Assembly: GCA_052426225.1 (NCBI GenBank)
Contig: JBNJNM010000006.1
Location: 124,001 to 188,000, forward strand
Origin: Zancudomyces culisetae HAW-14-8
Taxonomy: Eukaryota; Fungi; Kickxellomycota
Direction: 5' to 3'
DNA length: 64,000 nucleotides
A model generated the notes under the pieces. It had not been told where the DNA came from, did no database searches, and saw only the letters and a list, made by a program, of their open reading frames with translations. Position 1 is the first letter of the stretch; the number at the start of each line of letters is the position of its first letter. The position numbers and the translations under genes were made by a program. Of this stretch, positions 10,283-20,296 are shown one piece after another.

Positions 10283-10697
10283 TGTAATATTTTATTTTAT
10301 TATTAAATATTTTTACCCGTTATGGGTGATTAGTGTCACTACACTCTACCTCACTCGATGCTGAATAGGTATTAAGCTACTCAGTCTAAGAATGTGGTAA
10401 CTTTAAATGTAGACACTTATGAAACTTATAATTTTTATCTGACTATAATTTTTCATTCATAAAACTATATCTATCAACTATATAAAAACTAACTATCTAA
10501 AATACTATTATCTCCTCTACCATTAAATATCCCGAACTGATATCAACTATTAGAAATTGGATAAAACCCTCCACAGGGAGAAAGGTCCAATCTCCACAAA
10601 TAATATAATAATAAAACTAATTATAAATAGATAAATGTAAATAATGTGCTATCCAATCATAGGCCGGTGGGTGTTCACTATCATTTTTGATATGACA
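10283..10697 (-). mobile_element. Solo LTR S5 (415 bp)
   Basis: TGTAATAT...ATATGACA; ATTTT on both flanks (10278-10282, 10698-10702); carries the CCACAGGGAGAAAGGTCCAATCTC motif shared with G2 and S3. Confidence 0.82.
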
Positions 10698-10701
10698 ATT
10701 T

Positions 10702-11524
10702 TGTTATATTTTATTTATAAATATATGTATTTACTATAATTGTTCTATAATATTTTTTCAAGATATTGTTATTAACTATAATAAGGTTATTATATCTTTA
10801 ACTGAATATTTTCTGTATGTTTTTCTTTATTTTGTCAAATATTTCCCTTTTTTATACTTTTTTTCTTTCTAAGTAAAAATTAATTTAAACTAAGATACTG
10901 AAACTAAACTTCTTTAATACTAAAACAATAAGTTACTATTAAAAATTATATGACTAAACAAACGTTTGTATTGCGACACTATTGTCACGACTTGACACTA
11001 AGTACTATTTGTATTAACTATGGCTATGATTTATTTAATAAAATACTATGAGATGAAAAGTATTTTATTGCTAAAGTTTCCTAAAGCAATAAAATCCTTG
11101 TCCTTATATAGTTTTACAATATACAAAATTAATTGTAAAACTCAATAAAAACTTTCTTAAACTATAACTTAAACCTAATATTATTAACTATCAACTCCAC
11201 AGTTAACATTTAATAATATGGGGTAAAACCAAATTATTATAAATTATTAATTCTTACTCCATAATTACTAATTTATGGAGTAAGAATTAAAGCGGAGAAA
11301 ACGTTAATAAATTTAACATTTGCTATTTTTAATAACATATTAAAAATAACAATATTGTCATGAATGGATCATGACAACTATGAGTCATCAGAAAAAACTA
11401 GACGACGTTAATTTCATCGATAGTGAAAAAAACTGATTCTCATTAGTTATCGCAAACTAATAATTTGTTTGTTTTCATGATGACTAATTAATTTGTCATC
11501 ACTCTCTCCTGCCCATATATGACA
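10702..11524 (-). mobile_element. Solo LTR S6 of the G1 family, interrupted by a nested solo LTR
   Basis: Closely similar to 3501-3927 once 10983-11381 is removed. Confidence 0.93.
10983..11376. mobile_element. Nested solo LTR (394 bp) with 5-bp TSD ACTAT
   Basis: TGTCACGA...TCATGACA termini. ACTAT is duplicated at 10978-10982 and 11377-11381. The empty site is visible in the G1 LTR (GCGACACTATGAGTCATC). Confidence 0.92.
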
Positions 11525-11526
11525 TT

Positions 11527-11687
11527 TGTTGTATAATTAAATAATACTTTTAATTATTTATATTTTTCTTATTTATATATGTATAATATGTATCGTATAA
11601 TTATTTTATAAATTAAAAACTTAGTTGAAACTATTATAAACTTAATGTAAACATCTGGAGTTGATCATAACTATATATTTACTACTA
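11527..11687 (-). mobile_element. Partial LTR S7 of the G3 family, cut by Tc1
   Basis: Closely similar to the first ~160 bp of the LTR at 53543-54005. Confidence 0.88.
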
Positions 11688-13254
11688 CAGTGAGTTTCAA
11701 AAATGTCTCAAAATATTGAAAATAATTTGCAAAGTGTAATATCTCGCTCAATAATATCCAGAAACTATATGTTTTTTATATAATATAATGCACAAATGTT
11801 ATATTCAGATTATATATAAACTGTATTTTTATTGGTTAAAAATTCATTATGAAATTATAAATTGAAAAATTTTTATAAATGAGACAATTTTGGGAATTTT
11901 TCAAAAAAAAAATTTTAACTATCATAACTTTATGAATTCAAATTTTAAATTTTTAAAACTTTTCATATTATAATATATATAATTGTTATACTAATAAAAA
12001 TAATAATTATTTAAATAATGATATCTGAACAACGTAAACTGGATATTAAAAACGCGATACTTGAAGGCAGAAGCATTGACCAAATCATTATAGAAAATGG
12101 AGTTAGTAAAGCAACAATATACAGAATTAAAGCAGCAATGAATATCTATTTACCGGCTAATAAACGCGGTCGTCCAGCGAAGCTTTCACCCCAAAGCAAG
12201 CGAATATGTACTAGGATGATATTATCTGGAATGTATCGAACTGCTACTTCGATACAAAAGAAGTTAGAAATGGATAATATTGTTAGTGCTTGTAAGTCTA
12301 CAATATATAGGGCTTTTTATGATTTAAAAGCCGTTGCAAAAAAGAAGGCATCCAAACCGAAACTGAGCCTTAAAAATATTGCAAAAAGGTTGAGAGTCGG
12401 AAAATCTCATCGCCACTGGACTACTGATGATTGGAGACAAGTAATTTGGTCCGACGAAACTAAAATCAACCGATTTGGATCTGATGGAAATGAATGGACT
12501 TGGGTTCGTGATGGTGTGAGTCTACAGCCGCACAATATTAACCAGACCGTAAAACACGGTGGTGGATCATTAATGATTTGGGGATGAATCACAGCATTTG
12601 GAACTGGCTACATGTGCCGAATAGAAGAAATGTTGAACAAGGAAGGTTATTTAAACATTTTAAAAGACGAGCTTAGCAATACAATAAAGTACTACAAGTT
12701 GGATTCCAAGTCAATAATATTTCAACATGACAATGATCCAAAACATACCGCAAAGTTAGTTACATGCTGGCTTGAAAACCAGGAATATAATACATTGGAC
12801 TGGCCGCCACAATCTCCAGACTTAAACTCAATCGAAACTATATGGGCAATCATCAAAAGACGCCTAAATAGATACAGTAAACCTCCGTCCGGGATGATCG
12901 AATTATGGGAGCGAATAGAAACGGAATGAAAATTTATTTTCAGTGGAAACAATACTTGGTCTTATAGATAGTATGCTCAAAAGAGTTGAGGCAGTTATCA
13001 AGTCTAAAGGAAGGTGGACAGAATTTTAAAGTTTTTTTTTGAAAAATTCCCAAAATTGTCTCATTTTTAAAATTTTTTCAGTTTATAATTTTATAATGAA
13101 TTTTTAACCAATAATAATACTAATTATATAAAATTAAATTATTGCAATTGTGCATTATATTATATAAAATTATCTAATTTCTGGATATTATTGAGCGAGA
13201 TATTACACTTTGCAATTCATTATCAATATTTTGAGACATTTTTGAAACTCACTG
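11688..13254 (+). mobile_element. Tc1/mariner DNA transposon with ~230-bp imperfect TIRs and TA flanks
   Basis: TA|CAGTGAGTTTCAAAAATGTCTC...GAGACATTTTTGAAACTCACTG|TA; TIRs at about 11688-11915 and 13028-13254. Confidence 0.96.
12018..13029 (+). pseudogene. Tc1 DD34E transposase, inactivated
   Basis: GRP motif, WSDETK, HGGGSLMIWG, QHDNDPKH...SPDLNSIE (34 aa between D and E). TGA stops at 12585 and 12927 and a frameshift near the C-terminus. Confidence 0.93.
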
Positions 13255-13299
13255 TATATACTACTATTAATAACTAAATAAATTATAATAAAATAATCC

Positions 13300-14600
13300 T
13301 AGTTGTCAGGTCCTGTCAGTTATCCAGTAGTTGCAATACATTTACTTTAAGTGATATCTTTTCAAGTTCTTCAATTAGTGAGGATGGTTTTCCAGAATTA
13401 TTCTTAGCTTTTTCCAGGGTTACAGTTGGTAACACTGATGATTGGTCCAAGCTCATATCCGATGAACGGTTGCTTTGTATCTGTACTGGTTCTTGCAGTC
13501 TTGGTTTTCCTACCCGTTTTGGTAGTTCCAGGTCTTGATCAGTTGAAACTTTGCGTTTGTCCACAGCGAATTTTCTTTCTGGTCTTCCAATGTATCATCC
13601 AATATCTGAATAAAGTTTACATTATTTTCAGCTTCTTTATTGTTGGTTTTTTCATTTGCTTTATTATTCAAAAGAGGACAGTGGCTCCTAGCATGGCCCT
13701 CTTTGTGACAATTGTAACAAATGAGTTTCCTAGGTCCTGAGTAACGTTAATTACTCTTCTCTACTCCTTTGATGCGCTTATCTACTACTTCCTCTACCTT
13801 GTTTAGTAGATTTACACTAAGCTCATCAAACATCTTAATAAGTTGTCCTAAAGGTTTTTGGTCCTTCACCAAATCCTTAACATTTTTTCCGCCATGACTT
13901 GCTGGGTTACGGTTGAAATACTTTTTCTTCTGTTCACTCTCCTTATTTTCAGACCTTCTCTGTAATACCATTTTTTTAGATTCCTCTTCCATAATCCTTG
14001 TTATTATATCACTCCAATCGTCATGCTCATCATCTTCAACCAATTTCTTATACTCTGGCTTAAGTGTACTTATTATCCAGTCCGTTTTTATAAATCCTTC
14101 TTTAATCCCGGCACTTGTAAGTAGACTTCCAGCTCCAACTCCAATTCCTCAATAGTATCAAAATCGTTTTGGCGTATAGACCGAAGTCTATCCCATATTT
14201 GTGACTTGGTCTTTTCACATGAAAATTTCTTTTTAAACAATTTGGCAAAAGTATCCCAAACAGTAAACGATGACTTATTCTTTTTGTACCAGATCTTTTC
14301 AGTAGTTTCTAGATACAGTTTTACGAAGTCAACCCGATCCTCCTGGTTCCAATTATTCAGTTTTGCCATTAATCGGAATTCCTAGATCCATTCCTCAGGA
14401 TCCATTATTTTACTTTAAAGAAATACCTTTGGCACATCATTCTGGAAATATATTTACTATACGTTTGAAATTTGATATATTATACTTATTAATAACAATC
14501 CTGTCACTGCCGCTGCTGTTAAATTTTAAATTCTTTATCCTGAATCAGGCTATTTACAATACTAGACTTTTATCTTTTATTTTATACTATTATAATTTTT
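13300..14600 (-). mobile_element. Degenerate Gypsy gag relic with decayed PBS and probable LTR edge at 14517
   Basis: Frameshifted gag pieces (AKLNNW...WYKKNK; FDELSVNLLNKVEEVVDK) homologous to G1/G2 Gag. AATCCTGTCACTGCCG looks like a tRNA 3' end and sits beside TGTTAAA. Right boundary not defined. Confidence 0.8.
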
Positions 14601-15470
14601 ATATTATTAATTATTAATTTTTTATATTTTTAATAAATCTCAATAATGGGAATATATTTTAAAAAAACTATAATGTAATATTTAATATGTAAACAAAAAA
14701 TATCATCAATCATGATTTAGATGGAGCTTGACTATGAAACATAAACATATTTTACAATTCAAACTACAATGTACCAAAAATACAAAACGCTTTTATTTTA
14801 AATATGTCATTACTTATAAATTTTATTTATTCAAGTAGTATTTTTGTCTTTATTATTAATATATATATTTCAAACAAATAGGTTAAATAATTGTCTCTAG
14901 TCCTTTCAGAAATACTTATCTGACTAGTGTCAACAATTAATATATTTTATAATAGTACTTAATAATTCTCAATAGTCAAATATATTAAACAAGTTCAATA
15001 CAGAGTATGACAATATTTGGATATTTCAATCTTTATTGTTTACTTAATATTATATTTCAAAAAATTATTAAATCTTTTATATATCATATGTTAAATTGTA
15101 CTTATAGTACATTTGTTATTTAAATTTCTCTAGTCATTATATTCTATAGAAAAGTTTTGATTATAAATTTTAACTATAAAAAATATTTTTAAATATTTGA
15201 TAGGTGTAGTAGAAATACAATTCAACATTAGCATCTTTTATTAGCCAACTAGAAAAACTTAAATATCTATAATGGCGTAAGTAACAATATAATAATAGTG
15301 TCAATATTAGAACCATATCAAAGCCTGGAACAGCAATAGATAAATTTTTATACCAAATTTTGCAATTGTTTCATCTGCAAACTTTTTATTAATTATGATT
15401 TATTGAAGTTCATGGATTATAGGATGGATATTTTTGTAGGGGAAACCCAGAGTTTCACGTAGTAATTCTC

Positions 15471-15630
15471 TTTTACTCTTTTACCCTTTTACCCTTTTAC
15501 TCTTTTACCCTTTTACCCTTTTACTCTTTTACCCTTTTACCCTTTTACTCTTTTACCCTTTTACTCTTTTTCCCTTTTACCCTTTTACTCTTTTACTCTT
15601 TTACCCTTTTACCCTTTTACCCTTTTACTC
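15471..15630. repeat. Minisatellite (TTTTACYC) x20
   Basis: 8-bp units TTTTACCC and TTTTACTC mixed, with one TTTTTCCC variant. Confidence 0.95.
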
Positions 15631-16529
15631 TATTATTCATGATATTACTCATTTCATTTTATTGTTATATTAAAAGTATTCTTAAACGTACAGATTTAGG
15701 ATCATAATATAACTCGGCATTTATTAATGGTATTTTTATACATAGAGTTAAATTTTAAGCTTAGATAAGCGATAAAAATGACAAAATATGGCTCCTCTAA
15801 GAAATATAAGTTAGCTTTGTAGTAAAAAATATGCACTATTACTAAATGGATAGTTACAATGATATAGTTTTTCTATTCTGAGTTCGAAAAACTACTCAAA
15901 TAATTAACTAGGTTTAGATATTAAAGACACCTTGTTCACCTTGTTTCATACGGATATCCGTCTTCTCTTATAATTTTCAACTAGGCTACTGAATGATGAA
16001 AATATATATAATAACATAGTAGTTAAGTTAAATTGAGTATGTTCTTTCAGGTTATTGTTCTTGTCAAAAAACTTCATTTCACAATTTAGGCCCTCTGTGC
16101 TAACAATGATTGATTTTGGTGTTTTATTGATGTTCTTTTATATTCGTTGATTATCACTCAACTGGCTTTCCGATCATATCTAATTATGTTGCAATTTACC
16201 ATTCGGTGTCACAAAATCCCATCACATCAACTGGAATATTTTGGTTAGCCCAATAAAACTATCACATTCTACCTCTACTAGTAAAATATATACTTAAATT
16301 TTTAAATCTTAAAATTTAAAGATAAATTATAGAAATGCTAAAGAATAGAGGGTAAGTATCCGGTAAAAAACAGTATAGGATATTTAGAATAATATCATGT
16401 TTTTGCGTTTGAATGAGAATCTTGCAAAGTAAAAGCGCGAAATGGGTATTGCTAATTGAGATTGGCAATGGGTACCAATTAGGACACGAGTAACAGTGAG
16501 TAAAGGTATCTTTAAAATAGGAGGAAAAT

Positions 16530-18090
16530 CACATAGAGTGGTGAAGTATGAATAGGATGGAGATATACTCTATGGAGATAGTTCCGAGAATGAGAAAAAA
16601 CAGAAAAAATCAAATGGTACGAGCTAGAGATAAAACAAGATGAAAAAAGAGGTATGGAAAGGTCAAAAAAAGGGAAATATAGGAGGAGGAGCAAAGACGC
16701 GTGTACAGAAGGAGTATAAACGATACAGAGCATAAACGATACAGAGCCGGGCGGAGAGCGAGGGTCGCCACCAGTTGGAGGGGTACTGGAAAGTGGAGGA
16801 CGTGAAGATAAGCGGCAAAGATACCAAACATAAAGATGAATAAAGAAGAGCGGGAAATAGTTAGGTTTATGACGAGCCAACGAAAGATACTAGCGCCAAA
16901 GAAATACTATGAAGTGGGTGTGAAAGGAAACGTAGGTAGTGGGGAAAGGTTGGGAATAGGAGTACGAGCGGTTGGGGGTAAGAGTTACTGGGCAGCAAAG
17001 GAAGTTGAAACGTTTGTACGGGAGTATTTGAAGCATCCAAAGATGTTTGGGCGTATCAGTGAGGCGTTAGAATTCAAGACGAGTAAAGACTGTGTTAATT
17101 TCTATTACTGGAATAAAAAGAAAATAAACTTCAAACAATGTTGTTGAAACATCGAAAAAAGAGCAAACGTGGCAAAAAGAGTTTTATATTTTCAGCACAA
17201 CCGTGACTGGAGTTGGAAGAAAATGAAAGACGAAAACAAAAAAAGAGAAGAAGAAAGGATACAGAAGGTGAAGAGGAAGAGTAAGAAAGTAAAAGAGATA
17301 AAAGTTTAGAAATATCTGTAGAAGACACTGTTCCGCCAGAAAAAAAACTTGGTGTTTTCCAAGAATTCAAAAAACGTGAACAGCTAGTTACGCTAGAAAG
17401 AGAAGGTGCAAGTGCAAGTGCAAGAACATCAACAGGATCAAACAAATTCGTTTGGTCGAGGACCATCTTTGGCTATTAGTGGTGTCCATGCGTTTATTGT
17501 CACGTTCCAACACTCACGCCTAGTCGACCTTCTTCTTCCTCCTCAATGCCATTGTCTTTATCTGCTGCTCAGCATTCCTCTACTCACCAGCAAACAACTC
17601 TTTTGCGTCGGAATCCTCTCAACCAACATACCATCCCTTTGACTTGTCGCCTCCCATGCTTTCTTTGTCTCCCGCTGAACTTGATAGGTCCTCAGTCACA
17701 AAAGTTAATTTTTCTCTAAATCTCGTGCCAACGACTCTGTCATCTTTTTCCTCCTTATCAATATCCAGATATTGATAATACTTCTCATCTTTATCAGCAA
17801 CAACTTCAACAACAACAAAAACAACACCCCCATTCTTCCCATTCTTCCCTTCATTCTCCCCCTCCCCGCCATATGGCCAGAAACTACACATATCCTCGCC
17901 AACCCAAATCTATGCACCCACTTCTAATCTAAACCCTACTCTTAACCCTAATCCTAATCCTAATCCTAATCCTAATCCTAATTCCAATCATAACCAGAAC
18001 TAGAACTAGAACCAAAATCCCAGCTCATCGGTTATCCTTTACCTTATCACCACCCCGCCTCTTCCCGCAGCCAGCAACACCAAACGAAAA
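16530..18090 (+). pseudogene. Decayed SANT/Myb-domain gene (Snt1/NCoR-like)
   Basis: WAAKEVETFVREYLKHPKMFGRISEALEFKTSKDCVNFYYWNKK is a SANT domain. It is flanked by R/E-rich and S/P-rich coding-like DNA with stops and frameshifts. Boundaries approximate. Confidence 0.7.
17945..17990. repeat. (CCTAAT)n microsatellite
   Basis: About 6 units; reads as an Asn-Pro repeat inside the pseudogene. Confidence 0.75.
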
Positions 18091-18218
18091 AAAAAGAGAA
18101 AAATTCTGTTTCTTTTTTTTTAATTCTGTTTATTTATATTTTTGCTTATTATTTAGCTAAATATACTATCAATAAAACTATAATAAATGATTAAAATATC
18201 CTTTATCTCGCAAAATTC

Positions 18219-19676
18219 CTAAATCATGTATCTGAAATCGGGGTGGAAGTCATGCATGGCTCGCTGCTCCTCGGGACTCAAATGTGATACATCTTTTGGA
18301 TTTGAATCTCTATGTTTGTTTGCATGTTTGAAACTAACTGTCAGCAAAGAGACTACTATAAAAGAAATACCATACAACGTAAATCCATACACATATCCGA
18401 TTGTAAACTTTGGTGCTGTTTTCGTTGTAAATAGGTATGGAGTAGCCATCGCTGCAGCACTACCAACCATCATATAAGCAGCAGACGAAAGAGCGCGCTT
18501 TTGTGTACTTCCTGCGTTTACTGACATCCAGCTCATTGTAATAGGATAAACTGCATAAATTGGAAATCCGCAAATAAGGAGAAATGCTAGGCGTAGTTTA
18601 TCGTTTGTGGCGTAGGCAACTATTAGAAGGCAAATGACTGTGAAAAGATCCAGTACCAGGATACGGATCCAATAACTGGTCTTTTTAAAGAAAAATGCAA
18701 ACACTGCTGTACCTATAGCACCAGTAACGGAGGCGACAGCTGTCAAAAATGTGGAAGTTGAGCTGGAATACTTGAGTGCACGAATAATACTAGGTCCACT
18801 ATAACCTATGATTGTAAGTGCGTTGTTACGTGACATGTTGAGTAATGCAAATGCCCACACTCGCCAGTCTAAAAGTGTTTCGATGATGGACTTGATCGAA
18901 ATTCGGGACTTTGCAGCGCTTCCCTGGCTAGCATTCAACCGTTTGACAATAAGTGCTCGCTCTTCTTCAGTTAGGAATTTAACCTGTTCAGGATAGTCCT
19001 GGATTATGAAGATTGAGGCAATACCAACAAGCAATGTGATAAGACCACCAAAGATAAAGATTGGTTGATACGGCATCAAATTGTTGATTTTAATAAGCAC
19101 AAGTGCACCATACAGCAGATTAACAATTCCTGATATAGGAAGCGCCGTAAACATGACGGACATGCGGGGACCCACCTCCTCGCGTGTGTACCAGTACGCC
19201 ATGTATGTAATAACACCAGGCGCAAAACCAGCTTCAAATCCACCGATAATTAATCGAATAATTATAGCTTGTGTTGCATTTGTTGCAGCAGCAAGACACA
19301 TACACGCAATTGCCCATCCGATACTGAGAATAGGGAACCATATTGATGGGCGCGTGCGTTTAAGTAAAACATTGGAAAACGGCTCTACAACAATGTAGGA
19401 GATCAATAATAACGCTGCGACATTACCCTGGTCAGTAGGTGACAGGTTGAGTTTCTGTACCATACCGTTGATCATTGCAGTTCCAATGTTATTACGGTCC
19501 ATGGAATTGGAAAGGAATAACAAGTACATGATGGGAAGTACACGCCAGTCGGCCTTGCGGATACCCCGCCTGATTGTAGCCATTTCTGTATCACTGAAGT
19601 GAACCACCTTGTTCACCTCCATCTTTTCATCATCTCTTACTTCTCCAACGTTTATTATTGCCTCTTTTTTGTCCAT
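18219..19676 (-). CDS. MFS transporter, anion:cation symporter (Dal5/Tna1-like) family
   Basis: RKADWRVLP, MDRNNIG, RLIIGGFEAGFAPG, WYTREE, C-terminal HPDFRY; many hydrophobic helices; intronless. ATG taken at 19676. Confidence 0.93.
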   Translation of the reverse strand: MDKKEAIINVGEVRDDEKMEVNKVVHFSDTEMATIRRGIRKADWRVLPIMYLLFLSNSMDRNNIGTAMINGMVQKLNLSPTDQGNVAALLLISYIVVEPFSNVLLKRTRPSIWFPILSIGWAIACMCLAAATNATQAIIIRLIIGGFEAGFAPGVITYMAYWYTREEVGPRMSVMFTALPISGIVNLLYGALVLIKINNLMPYQPIFIFGGLITLLVGIASIFIIQDYPEQVKFLTEEERALIVKRLNASQGSAAKSRISIKSIIETLLDWRVWAFALLNMSRNNALTIIGYSGPSIIRALKYSSSTSTFLTAVASVTGAIGTAVFAFFFKKTSYWIRILVLDLFTVICLLIVAYATNDKLRLAFLLICGFPIYAVYPITMSWMSVNAGSTQKRALSSAAYMMVGSAAAMATPYLFTTKTAPKFTIGYVYGFTLYGISFIVVSLLTVSFKHANKHRDSNPKDVSHLSPEEQRAMHDFHPDFRYMI

Positions 19677-20296
19677 TTGTAACAATGAAATGTTATGTGT
19701 TTGATTTCTTGCTATCTTTTTTTTTAATACTTTATAAATGATCTCTTTCTGGTTAAGTAATAATGGAAATTAGCGTCTGTCTTTTTTTAATATTTCTGGT
19801 TTACTAGCTATTTTTTTTGGTTTATACTAGCTTTAACAATCTAAATACTTGTTAAATAGTTAATAGAATCGCTATAATCCTAAATATTAACATGTTAAGA
19901 AACCATGATACTTCAGTAAACTTTCTTGCTTTTTATATTATATAAATTTGCATAGATCAAACCCCTGCTAAACACTATAAAAATCATTAGTTTTTACACT
20001 TTCATGTAAGTGCGATTTGACTTTGTTTCACAATAGCTAACTTATTTAAAATATAACTTACTAATATTTGAATAATTATGCTTCACTTGCGCTTTCATGA
20101 AAAGGGGGTCTAAAAGAAAATGAATATGAAATTCACATGCTTTTGATCACATTCACTTGGTTTGGCATTTGAGTCAAAAGATCATAGCTAGCTAATGGTA
20201 CTATCAAACCAGCAAATAAACTTTCATTTGTACCCACAATTTTAAGTGAACGTCCGAATAATCCGGAAAAAAATGCTTTTCTTGATTCAGCCAATA

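Noticed and set aside
9113-11687. CRISPR-like repeat/spacer reading of the ACA-TTTT-TGT junctions
   Set aside because: Units are 220-430 bp, several match LTRs of full elements in this window, the context is eukaryotic and there are no cas genes. The likeness is only in the ordered addition.
12585-12929. In-frame TGA at Cys and Trp positions of the Tc1 transposase as selenocysteine or recoding
   Set aside because: Both are single-base nonsense changes in an element that also has a frameshift; TGG is used for Trp throughout the window.
15471-15630. Interstitial telomere
   Set aside because: The G-rich strand reads GGGTAAAA/GAGTAAAA, not T(n)AGGG. The CCTAAT run near 17950 is short and lies in a coding relic.
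13255-16500. A tRNA or 5S gene anchoring the stack on its right side
   Set aside because: I could not recognise A/B boxes or a cloverleaf. The tRNA-like AATCCTGTCACTGCCG at about 14497-14512 is better explained as a decayed PBS. tRNAscan-SE would settle it.
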